Both the position numbers and the translations under genes were made by a program. From IMG/VR virus record IMGVR_UViG_3300011774_000001, positions 32,001-96,000 of that record: a stretch of 64,000 nt of DNA. One strand, given 5' to 3'. Shown here one piece after another: positions 56,032 to 64,000 of the stretch (position 1 is the first letter of the stretch; the number at the start of each line of letters is the position of its first letter). Source of the stretch: a virus (Duplodnaviria > Caudoviricetes). A model generated the notes under the pieces. It was not told the DNA's origin, searched no databases, and saw only the letters and a program-made list of their open reading frames with translations.

Positions 56032-56907
56032 TTACATCTGCAGACCGACCGCGTTCTGAGCAGCTTCCTCGATCGACTTTTTGTAGCCTCGGCCAGCGGC
56101 CTCGACGTCGGCGTGGATGCTGTCGAAAGCAGCAGGGCGGTTGTTCGGCGAAACGCCGGTCAGGGAGATGCTGTTGAGCACTTCCTGGGCGAACTCGAAC
56201 ACAGCCTGAGTCGACTCGGTCACGGAGGTGAACTCCATGGACAGGGTCAGCGCAGTGTCGCCTTCCGGCAAATTGCGAACCATTTCGCGCGGGATACCCG
56301 AAGAAGGCATCATGTTGCTGAGCAGGGCAGCTTCCACCACGTAGCGGTGGGTTGGGTCTGGCTCGATGAAGAGCATGCTCATGGACATGAAGTTTTCCAG
56401 GATTTCCTCTGGCATGTCCGAAACGGCCATGTGGAGAATTTCCGGGAACTTCGTCTCCGGGTTCATCATCGCAGTGCGCTGCCAGTAGGTGTAGAAACGG
56501 GTGATGACCTTCCCGTACTTCTCCTGGTAGCTGAACGAAGGCGTAGATTCCGCCTGCGTCATGTTCTGGATGATGCGCAGCTTCTGGCCACCGCCGCCCA
56601 CTGGAGTCTCTGCAAACTCAGGGGTGATGGTGAGGTTGATACCCTCGATGGAGAGTGGGTGCTCTTCGACCAGAACCTTGAGGGTTTCGATCAACAGCTG
56701 ACCACCATCGATGTAATCCATGAACAGCGGATGCTGAACAAGGATTGGAATCATCGACTTCCGGGTGTAAGGGGTGTTGCTGGGCAGTTCGCGGAAGTTG
56801 GGCATGAAGCCCATTTGCTGACCCATCCGCGGGTCCACTACAGGCGAGTATGCGCCCTTCACGAACCCCTGCTTACCCAGCATGCGGTTTACATAGTCGT
56901 TTGCCAT
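56032..56907 (-). CDS. Tail tube protein (phiKZ gp30-like)
   Basis: GQ.G..PN, LK.LVE.HP.SIEG.N, EKYG..I, M.PETK.P, LFIEPDP motifs; downstream of the sheath gene. Confidence 0.85.
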   Translation of the reverse strand: MANDYVNRMLGKQGFVKGAYSPVVDPRMGQQMGFMPNFRELPSNTPYTRKSMIPILVQHPLFMDYIDGGQLLIETLKVLVEEHPLSIEGINLTITPEFAETPVGGGGQKLRIIQNMTQAESTPSFSYQEKYGKVITRFYTYWQRTAMMNPETKFPEILHMAVSDMPEEILENFMSMSMLFIEPDPTHRYVVEAALLSNMMPSSGIPREMVRNLPEGDTALTLSMEFTSVTESTQAVFEFAQEVLNSISLTGVSPNNRPAAFDSIHADVEAAGRGYKKSIEEAAQNAVGLQM

Positions 56908-56960
56908 GGCAAAAACATCCTCATGTTGCCTCCCCCTTTACAGGGGGAAGCCGGGTGGGG

Positions 56961-59036
56961 TTAGGCTGCCTGAGCCACGCCTTCCAGCGCATCCAGACGG
57001 TTGGTACGGATGGTGAAGGAACCAACCGTGCGCAGGTTGCCCATGTACAGGTCGACACGGCAAGACCACGAGAAGCCGCGCTGGGTGTCCGCCGGGGTGA
57101 AGAAGGTGTTTGGAACCACCGTTACACGACCGTCGTACTTACCAGCAACCGCCTTAGCGATCTTGTTGTTCGAACGCTGAATGAACTGCGCTTCGGTCAG
57201 ACCCTTGATGCCAACCAACTCGGTCCAGACCTGACGGCAGACTTTGATGATGTCGACGGCCACGATCATGTTGAACGCGGAGTTCAGCACGGAGGTGTCG
57301 TCTTCAAACACGGTCTGGTAGGCAGGAATGAACTGGTCACGGCGGTTGCTGTACTGAGCCCAGACAATGCCGTTGTTCCAGAAGTTGTCGATCATGGTCT
57401 CGGTTTTGCTGCGGGCGTTGATCTCGGTGTAACCCTTGACCACGTTGTTGCCCGGCTCGTCCGGCTGTTTCTCGCCGTCCCACAGCTGATTACCGGCACC
57501 CATGTACTGGGCGCAGTCGTCCGCGAACTTGTAGGTAAGCGGAACCACCGATTTGACCTTGGCCGATGGCATGGTACCTGCGTGACCCAGAATGATCGCG
57601 CGGCAGCAGCCAGTACCGTACAGAACGGACTCTGGATACGACATGAGTTCGTTCTTGATGGCAACGCCGATCGAGTAGTCCTCGGCCTCGTCGTTCATCG
57701 GCTGACCCCACACCTGGGTCGACATGACCAGGTAGATGTCATCGCGGTTGGCGAGCATCTGAGGGAACTTCAGCTTGGTCTCCAGCGTGAAGCCGGAGTC
57801 GTACATGCAGGACATCGGCACGCGCCAGCGGTCCCACAGACGGGCCGGGTGGTTCATGAAGTTGTCCAGGAAGTCGCCCACTGCCTTGTCATAGGCTGCA
57901 TCGTCCAGAGTACCGTCACCGCCGCCTTGAGCGAAGTGAGTGGTGGACTCGGTGAAGAGCAGGCCGCCGTTGGCAGGACCTTCTACTTCGATGGTGTGGT
58001 ACGGGTAGCCCAGGTACGACTGACCAGTCAAGAAGTTGACCATGTGGTAGTCGTCTTCGGTTTCGCCAGCGGTGCCGAACGGGATCTCGTCTTCGTGAAT
58101 GGCCTTGAGGAATTCCTCCAGGTATTCTTCGTAGACGTGGTAGCCCGACCAGGTACCGAAGGTATCAGGACCGCCGTCGTCGGACTTGGCATTGTAGGCC
58201 TGTTTAAAGGTCTCGTCGATGCCGTATTCAACGTTGGTGGTGCGGTCGTAAACGCCTTCCTTGAAGGAGAACGTCACGTACTGCTCACCGGACAGGGTGG
58301 TCTTGATCAGTGCGCTGGAGCGCTCATTGGCACGCTCCATGGCCTGGAAGCGGAACAGGAAGGCACGCTGATCTTCGATCAGGTCTTCACGGGTGCCGCC
58401 AGGAGTGCGCAGGGTTGGAGCGAGAAGACGGAAGCCACCACGGTCGCCAGCCTTGCCGCGGAACGGACGCTGGAATTCGAACAGTGGGTACTTCTCGGAA
58501 CTGCTACCATCTTCGTCGCTCACGAGGTCGCCGGTACCCGCCACTTGCTGGCCGAGAACGTTGTCCTTCAGAGGCGTGCTGGTGATGCGCACACGCTTCT
58601 TCGCGATGGTCGGAGTGGTCTCATCCACCAGCGGACCAGTCGGGCCCATTTTATAGGTGCCGTCAGAGTTGCGCTGATAGTTAGGGCGGATGTCCGAAAC
58701 GTATTCACCCCACAGGGTGATGCCAGCCGGCTTCGGTGCATCTGCTGCGACGATACGGCAAATCATCTGCTGGTTACCAGCTTCATTCACCGCTTCGGAA
58801 AGCAGCGACTGGTGGCAGAAGTAGCCGCCCTTACGGTCGTACATGTCCGAACCGTAGAGCATCTTCATGCGGTTGCCCGACACGAGTTGATCGTCTTCAG
58901 GACCCCAGGAAGTGCGGAGCAGGAACAGCGGGGTATGCGTTGCAATCTGCAACGGCTCGACTGGCAGTTGTTGGCCACTGACATCGTCGAAACCATCGAA
59001 GAGGAAACGCGGGGCCCCATTTTTAACTGTGGCCAT
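56961..59036 (-). CDS. Tail sheath protein (phiKZ gp29-like)
   Basis: NGAP, HTPL, GG.DG, YDSGF.L.TK, YPES..YGT...RA, TVF.DDTSVL, T.AD..RGFSW. Confidence 0.9.
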   Translation of the reverse strand: MATVKNGAPRFLFDGFDDVSGQQLPVEPLQIATHTPLFLLRTSWGPEDDQLVSGNRMKMLYGSDMYDRKGGYFCHQSLLSEAVNEAGNQQMICRIVAADAPKPAGITLWGEYVSDIRPNYQRNSDGTYKMGPTGPLVDETTPTIAKKRVRITSTPLKDNVLGQQVAGTGDLVSDEDGSSSEKYPLFEFQRPFRGKAGDRGGFRLLAPTLRTPGGTREDLIEDQRAFLFRFQAMERANERSSALIKTTLSGEQYVTFSFKEGVYDRTTNVEYGIDETFKQAYNAKSDDGGPDTFGTWSGYHVYEEYLEEFLKAIHEDEIPFGTAGETEDDYHMVNFLTGQSYLGYPYHTIEVEGPANGGLLFTESTTHFAQGGGDGTLDDAAYDKAVGDFLDNFMNHPARLWDRWRVPMSCMYDSGFTLETKLKFPQMLANRDDIYLVMSTQVWGQPMNDEAEDYSIGVAIKNELMSYPESVLYGTGCCRAIILGHAGTMPSAKVKSVVPLTYKFADDCAQYMGAGNQLWDGEKQPDEPGNNVVKGYTEINARSKTETMIDNFWNNGIVWAQYSNRRDQFIPAYQTVFEDDTSVLNSAFNMIVAVDIIKVCRQVWTELVGIKGLTEAQFIQRSNNKIAKAVAGKYDGRVTVVPNTFFTPADTQRGFSWSCRVDLYMGNLRTVGSFTIRTNRLDALEGVAQAA

Positions 59037-59091
59037 CGGGTGTTACTCCTTTAAAGGAAGGTGTTCGTTCTTTGCAAAGAGGTCGCCTACC

Positions 59092-59160
59092 GGTCAACGC
59101 TCCCTTAGGGCCATGGTCCCCCTCGGAAGAGGCAGGCCTTGCGATAGGCCAATTTGACTT
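59092..59160 (-). promoter_or_regulatory. Structured multibranch leader upstream of the tail sheath gene
   Basis: Outer stem gtcaa/ttgac enclosing three hairpins; TATG motif just upstream on the minus strand. Confidence 0.45.
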
Positions 59161-59223
59161 AGCCATAAGATAATAGCTTAGCTTTCAACCGATCTTTCAT
59201 ATACACAACGCGCCGAGGCCAGC

Positions 59224-60099
59224 ATGATCATTGACCCCTATGAAACAACTCTCACCCGTCCGTACCTTTCGGACAAGATCCGCAGCGGGGTCATCCAGGC
59301 AGCCCTGGCCGACAGTCCTTACGGGTTGATCTTTCGCATCATGGATGAACATAGCGAAGTGCCGTCTTTCACCCAGCCAATCGTTTTCGAAACGCCGGGT
59401 AATAAAGGCAAGCGCATTGCAATCGATTGCCGCCAGTACAAAGGCTCCAGCCCGTTCGTCAAAGAACAGCTCGACTTGCTGGAACTGCGCGCTGCCCTGA
59501 CTCTGCACGCGGTGCGTGAAGAGAACATGACTGCGTTCTACCACCCCGTAGCCTCGACAGCGTTTGCGAACCTGATCGCTGGTATGGTTAGCCAGCGCTT
59601 TGGTATCGACCCACGGCTCAAGGCGTATGTGACGGTAGTGGCTGCTGCACACTACTACAACATTACCCATGCGCTCGATAAAGGCTATGGCGATCAAGAC
59701 CTGCCACTGTTGATGCAGAACATCATGCGTGACCTGCGTCTGCCGATGGATGTGGTTGAAGCAGCCCTCGACAAGTGCGAGTACGGCGACACCATGGAAT
59801 CGCTGTGCGAGAACATCAAGCGTGTTGACGACACCGATCGTACCAAGTCTCTGGTACCCGGACTGATCATCAACTCCTCGGGTGGCCTGTGGTTCGGCAT
59901 CAACTCGGCTGAAACTGTGGGTGTGGCTTACGAGCATGCACCGACCTTCTGCGCACTGCTGTTCAATGCGCTGGGCGATGGTTCTTACAGCCGTGGCGAA
60001 ATGGCCAAGCGTCTGAAGAACGTCAACAGTGTTCGTCAGAAGGCGGAACAATTCCGCAAAACGATGCGCACCATTCAAGCGGAGATTATCAATGCCTAG
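59224..60099 (+). CDS. Virion structural/baseplate protein (phiKZ gp28-like)
   Basis: PYETT, VP.F.QP, IAID.R.Y, WFG....E..GVA.EH.PTF; divergent from the sheath gene. Confidence 0.75.
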   Translation: MIIDPYETTLTRPYLSDKIRSGVIQAALADSPYGLIFRIMDEHSEVPSFTQPIVFETPGNKGKRIAIDCRQYKGSSPFVKEQLDLLELRAALTLHAVREENMTAFYHPVASTAFANLIAGMVSQRFGIDPRLKAYVTVVAAAHYYNITHALDKGYGDQDLPLLMQNIMRDLRLPMDVVEAALDKCEYGDTMESLCENIKRVDDTDRTKSLVPGLIINSSGGLWFGINSAETVGVAYEHAPTFCALLFNALGDGSYSRGEMAKRLKNVNSVRQKAEQFRKTMRTIQAEIINA

Positions 60100-62791
60100 T
60101 GAGTACCTCGTTGAGCATGCCCGGCAGAATGTCTGGTGCACGCCCGACCAGGACTTCCAGACGGTTATCGCCCCGTACCGCATTTCCGACCATCTCGGGG
60201 TGCGGGGTTCTCTGCGTGTAGAAATGGGTCAGGACATCACGATGCCTTTGTCGGATGTCAAGTTCCATGTCTTCCAGATCGGTAACTTGCACCCTGGCCT
60301 GATCGGGTTGTTCCCTCGCGCTGGTCATTGGGCGAAAGCCACTGACCACATGAATGTGCAGGGCATGATCATTCAAGTTTACGACAAGATGGGCGACAAC
60401 CTACCGCGCTTTGAAACGTGGTTCGTGGTACTCCCCAACCGTAACCTGCTGATTGCCATTGTTGACCAAGGCGATCGCTACGACCTGTTGAACAACCAAC
60501 TCTACCTGCGGTTCTACTCGAACGCTTTCTTCGAGTCCCCTCGTAGTGATGGTTATCCCCGTATCGAAAACAGCACCTACATCGAGAACCCAGACAATGA
60601 CTGGGCCAATTTGGGTGGGCTGCGTGCTCCCGGTAGCGGTGGCGATGTTTTGATCGAGGGTCAGCGCTGCAAAGTGCGCAACGACCTCATGGTCATGCAG
60701 AACCGTGTCAAGCAGTTGAAGGCCCTTGGCTTTGGTCAGGTGACCTGCATCTATAACGGTCGCCTAGTGGATGACTTCGACGGCAAGTTCTACACGGCTG
60801 CTCGGTTTAAGCCGGGTGACTGGGCAGAGATTGTCCTCGATGCTTCCATGTCCGAAGTGCTGACTTATCAGGTCAGTGCATTGGATACCTTCGACTCCAC
60901 GCTCGACGGGCTGCGTAAGTACCTCCTGCACCGCGCCACAGACGTGCTCAAGGAGATTCAGTACAAAGATGACATCGACGTATGGCTAACTCGTCCTGTG
61001 GACACAGGGCGCTTTGAGGGGCGTTACTTTAACCAGAACACTCGTCGGGCTGTTCGTCAGGTGACCCACCAGGATTGGTCGATCCCTGTTCCGTTTGTGT
61101 TGGGCTACTCTCAGTCTGGCACAGACTTCAGCGATCCATCCAAATGGACGGTACGCATCTATGTTCGTCGGTCGGGTTATTCGCGCCCCTTGAGCAATGA
61201 AGCGGCTCGTATCAATGAGTTGTATCGTTTGCCCGCTCCTCAGCGTCGTCGTGCCTTGTTGGGGATGGACTCGAACCTGCCCTTCTGGCGTGCTGATGTG
61301 TTGGAAGCTGGTCGCTACGCTTTCCTCATGAGCGACTATGCGGGAGCGTTCACGGTGGCTCAGGTGCAAGAGGCTTACGGCTACAACGCCATCAGTAAGT
61401 TGGTTGCGCCCAGTCCCCTGCCGACTGTCAACCAGAACGGCAACAAGGTGGTGATCCTGCCTGCTGGCCTGCAGCGTGAGGCAACGGTCTACGAGTACGA
61501 TGCAAACGGCTTGTTGCTTGGCTACTACCAAACGTACGGGACAATCCACTACAGCTGCCGTAACGCAGCAGCGGCCTTTGTAGAAGGTCGTGTGGGGATG
61601 GGTGGGCCAAACCTGTCCACGGTGTTCGGTGTGGGTCCTATTGCGGTCAATCCTGACTGGGATTACTTCTGCATGAAGGTGCAGATCTGGAATGGGGAGA
61701 TCACGGGTGAGTGGGAACCTGCCATTCTGGATAAGGACTACGTCATTCGGGATGGGGAGATTCGCTGGAACCTCAACGGTACTCAGTGGCTCTGCGTAAC
61801 CCGTAACAACCAGAACTTCCTGGCCTACGACATTGAACTCGATGCACGCGATGGTCTGATGATCTTCAGTGTGCAGTCTGAGGAAGCGAACGAGTACGAA
61901 CCTGCCAACCGCGTGGAAGCTGTTCCTTACGGCAAGCTGGACCTCTGGCTCAATCGTCGTCCTTTGATCGAGGGTATCGACTACGTGGTCAAGTGGCCTC
62001 AGGTGGTGATCTGCAATAAAGAGTTCCTGCGCCTGGCAGACACTCAGCTCGTGACCATTCGTTGCACTGGGCTGCCGATGGTGGACGCCAGTGGCAAGTT
62101 CTATCGTCAGCTGCCTTTGGACGTGGGCTTTGTGCAATACGGCCAGCTGTCTCGCAATAACCGCTACAACGTGCGGGCCGACAAGGTTCAGCGTATTGTG
62201 GTTCGTGGTCGGGTTAAGCGCGATGAAGAAGTCACGTACCCTGAGGACGGGCACGAGTTGTCGGTAGGTGGGATTGTCAACGGCGATCCGTATGCCGTGG
62301 AAGAGGTTATCGTACCGATTGGTACTTTCACTGTGGGTGGTACTTACCCATTGCGAGAGGCTGCTCTGGCGCGTGACCGTCAGGTTGAAGACTACATGAC
62401 CCAGTTCATCAAGGACCCGGTCGAGGAGAACTACAACCCGATCCCAGCCAAATACGACCTGTTCAGCCCGTTCCTGGCCAAAGTGATCCGTGACCTGCAA
62501 CATGGGTATCTCGTGATCGACAATGGCGAAGTACCGCTGACCAATGCTCAGGTGCGTGACAAGCTCAAGGACTACATGTACTTGCTCGACTACGATCCGA
62601 CCCGTTTGGATCTGCCGACTGACTACGTGGAAATCCATGTGCACGACAGCTACCAGATGATCACCTTGGGGGTCTACCACTTCTACCTGTTGGAGATGGC
62701 AGCTAAGCTCTGGATGCCGGGGCAGGTTGACATCAGCCGGTGGGTGGGTATTGACTCCAACTGGGTTCCGATCCCGATAGGCCCTGCATAA
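60092..62791 (+). CDS. Baseplate structural protein (phiKZ gp27-like)
   Basis: YLV.HA..NVWC.P.QD.Q, FYSNAFF, W.A..LE, AYGYNA, LDLWLN...LIEG.DY, SPF..K motifs. Confidence 0.8.
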   Translation: MPSEYLVEHARQNVWCTPDQDFQTVIAPYRISDHLGVRGSLRVEMGQDITMPLSDVKFHVFQIGNLHPGLIGLFPRAGHWAKATDHMNVQGMIIQVYDKMGDNLPRFETWFVVLPNRNLLIAIVDQGDRYDLLNNQLYLRFYSNAFFESPRSDGYPRIENSTYIENPDNDWANLGGLRAPGSGGDVLIEGQRCKVRNDLMVMQNRVKQLKALGFGQVTCIYNGRLVDDFDGKFYTAARFKPGDWAEIVLDASMSEVLTYQVSALDTFDSTLDGLRKYLLHRATDVLKEIQYKDDIDVWLTRPVDTGRFEGRYFNQNTRRAVRQVTHQDWSIPVPFVLGYSQSGTDFSDPSKWTVRIYVRRSGYSRPLSNEAARINELYRLPAPQRRRALLGMDSNLPFWRADVLEAGRYAFLMSDYAGAFTVAQVQEAYGYNAISKLVAPSPLPTVNQNGNKVVILPAGLQREATVYEYDANGLLLGYYQTYGTIHYSCRNAAAAFVEGRVGMGGPNLSTVFGVGPIAVNPDWDYFCMKVQIWNGEITGEWEPAILDKDYVIRDGEIRWNLNGTQWLCVTRNNQNFLAYDIELDARDGLMIFSVQSEEANEYEPANRVEAVPYGKLDLWLNRRPLIEGIDYVVKWPQVVICNKEFLRLADTQLVTIRCTGLPMVDASGKFYRQLPLDVGFVQYGQLSRNNRYNVRADKVQRIVVRGRVKRDEEVTYPEDGHELSVGGIVNGDPYAVEEVIVPIGTFTVGGTYPLREAALARDRQVEDYMTQFIKDPVEENYNPIPAKYDLFSPFLAKVIRDLQHGYLVIDNGEVPLTNAQVRDKLKDYMYLLDYDPTRLDLPTDYVEIHVHDSYQMITLGVYHFYLLEMAAKLWMPGQVDISRWVGIDSNWVPIPIGPA

Positions 62792-62819
62792 GGGCCTCAC
62801 CCTTCACGAGAGTATGCGC

Positions 62820-64000
62820 ATGTCTACTATCAATACCAATCCATCGATGCAGATCGACCGTAACCGGCCGTGGCAGTCGTGGAACATCACGCAGATCTTC
62901 GTGCCCGGTGGTGCGGGTGGTCTGATCGTGCCCAACATCGACGATGAGATCATGCAGTGGGGTAGCAACAGCTACTTCGTGTATCGCTGCTCTGACGTCG
63001 ATTACACCACGGGTAAGTCTACCCTTGAGCTGATGCATGAAACGCCTTACACACCACCTGTTGGCGTGGAAGACATCATCCTGTCCAGCGGGCCGGGTAC
63101 TCCGGTCGAAGCGTTCCGTGCCTACGTCGACAAGAGCATCAAGCCTGCGTCGATCTCGGTGGACCGTCAGTTCTACTTCTTGGGCACCATGGCCCGTTAC
63201 GTGAAGATCTTCCGCGGTACCAACACCGGTGCAACGGGTCAGGTCATCTCGGCCATGTACGATCAGAGCAATGAACTGATCGGCGAGAACATCCCGCTCA
63301 AACAAGTTGCAACCGCTAAGCTGCCGTCGGCTGGTTTGGTGGAAGCGATTGACTCGGCAGTGAAGATTGTCGAGACAGGCTTCTTGACTGTGGATGTTGT
63401 CGACAACGAGATCATCACGGTTGTTGCTTACGACGATCAGGGCAACATTGTTCAGCAACGGGCAATCACCGTCTACAACACCAGCTTCTCGGCTCAGGTT
63501 GATACCTCGCGTCGTTACGTCAAAGACATCCGTCTGAAGACACAGTTCCTGCTCGAAGGCAATGACACCGTTATCGCTGTTCCGCGGAACATGACGCTGG
63601 AGTCAATCCTGGCCATGGGTGAGGTCATCTACTCGGATGGTTCTGTTAAAGAGCTGCCGATTGATGGCACCAAGATGGCGATCCACGGGCTGTACTCCAA
63701 TCGCTACATTGCCAACTCTGATGGTGTGCGTGGTCGTGTGGTTCTGATGTACCGCCTGGATGCTGAAGAGTATCTGTACGGTGCGCAGGTGGGTGAATTC
63801 CCTCACAAGTCCGTGCCGTATTCCATCGAGTCCGTGCCGTTCGAGAAGCCTTACGCCTGCCGCATTTGGGCCTGCCCGCAATGGGTGGATGACGCCAATG
63901 GTTATCGTATGAGGTATTTCCTCTCGACCTTGCGTCGTGATCACCTCTATGACATCACTGACAAGGTGCGTTACAGCCCCGCGTCTCCGTCGTTCAACCC
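62820..64000 (+). CDS. Baseplate/virion structural protein (phiKZ gp26-like), 3'-truncated
   Basis: Frame appears open from ATG 62814/62820 to the window end (W..W....IF......G..VPN.DD); missing from the ORF track because no stop is in the window. Confidence 0.75.
   Translation, partial: MSTINTNPSMQIDRNRPWQSWNITQIFVPGGAGGLIVPNIDDEIMQWGSNSYFVYRCSDVDYTTGKSTLELMHETPYTPPVGVEDIILSSGPGTPVEAFRAYVDKSIKPASISVDRQFYFLGTMARYVKIFRGTNTGATGQVISAMYDQSNELIGENIPLKQVATAKLPSAGLVEAIDSAVKIVETGFLTVDVVDNEIITVVAYDDQGNIVQQRAITVYNTSFSAQVDTSRRYVKDIRLKTQFLLEGNDTVIAVPRNMTLESILAMGEVIYSDGSVKELPIDGTKMAIHGLYSNRYIANSDGVRGRVVLMYRLDAEEYLYGAQVGEFPHKSVPYSIESVPFEKPYACRIWACPQWVDDANGYRMRYFLSTLRRDHLYDITDKVRYSPASPSFN

Noticed and set aside
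56850-59054. 734-aa ORF antisense to the tail sheath gene (also 20703-22103, 30569-32833, 60986-62800, 19240-20520 and others)
   Set aside because: Shadow ORFs expected from the codon bias of the real genes; no RBS or recognisable motifs, and they track the sense gene.
59092-59160. Cloverleaf as a tRNA gene
   Set aside because: No TTC T-loop, no 7-nt anticodon loop on a 5-bp stem and no proper acceptor end.
1-64000. Stop-codon reassignment
   Set aside because: Core genes are full length in the standard code, and TAA, TGA and TAG all serve as stops next to terminators or downstream starts.

Overview
This 64 kb window is part of a phiKZ-related jumbo myophage genome (Chimalliviridae-like; gene order recalls Salmonella phage SPN3US). 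Core genes recognisable by eye: SbcC/Rad50 ATPase, baseplate spike, RNase H-fold protein, UvsX/RecA, four pieces of the split virion RNA polymerase, a 2.3 kaa tail protein with a lytic transglycosylase domain, prohead protease, tail tube, tail sheath and three baseplate-region genes (the last runs off the window). Accessory regions at about 1-9.9 kb and 46.7-55.9 kb hold many small ORFs, an SMI1/KNR4 protein and an HslV-like Ntn peptidase pair. I saw no tRNA, rRNA, CRISPR array, intron, intein or IS element. Most notable observations: (1) five early genes share a covarying hairpin that holds the Shine-Dalgarno sequence, a candidate translational regulon; (2) a family of terminator hairpins ends in UAUGC instead of poly-U and follows a strand-polarity rule; (3) a leftward operon whose proteins carry short copies of EF-Tu, terminase and methyltransferase motifs beside an SMI1/KNR4 gene, a speculative decoy/anti-defence module; (4) an RNase H that appears to have lost all catalytic carboxylates; (5) a possible diverged family of about ten tiny N-x-Q proteins. 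All homology calls come from motif recognition and recalled synteny, not database searches.
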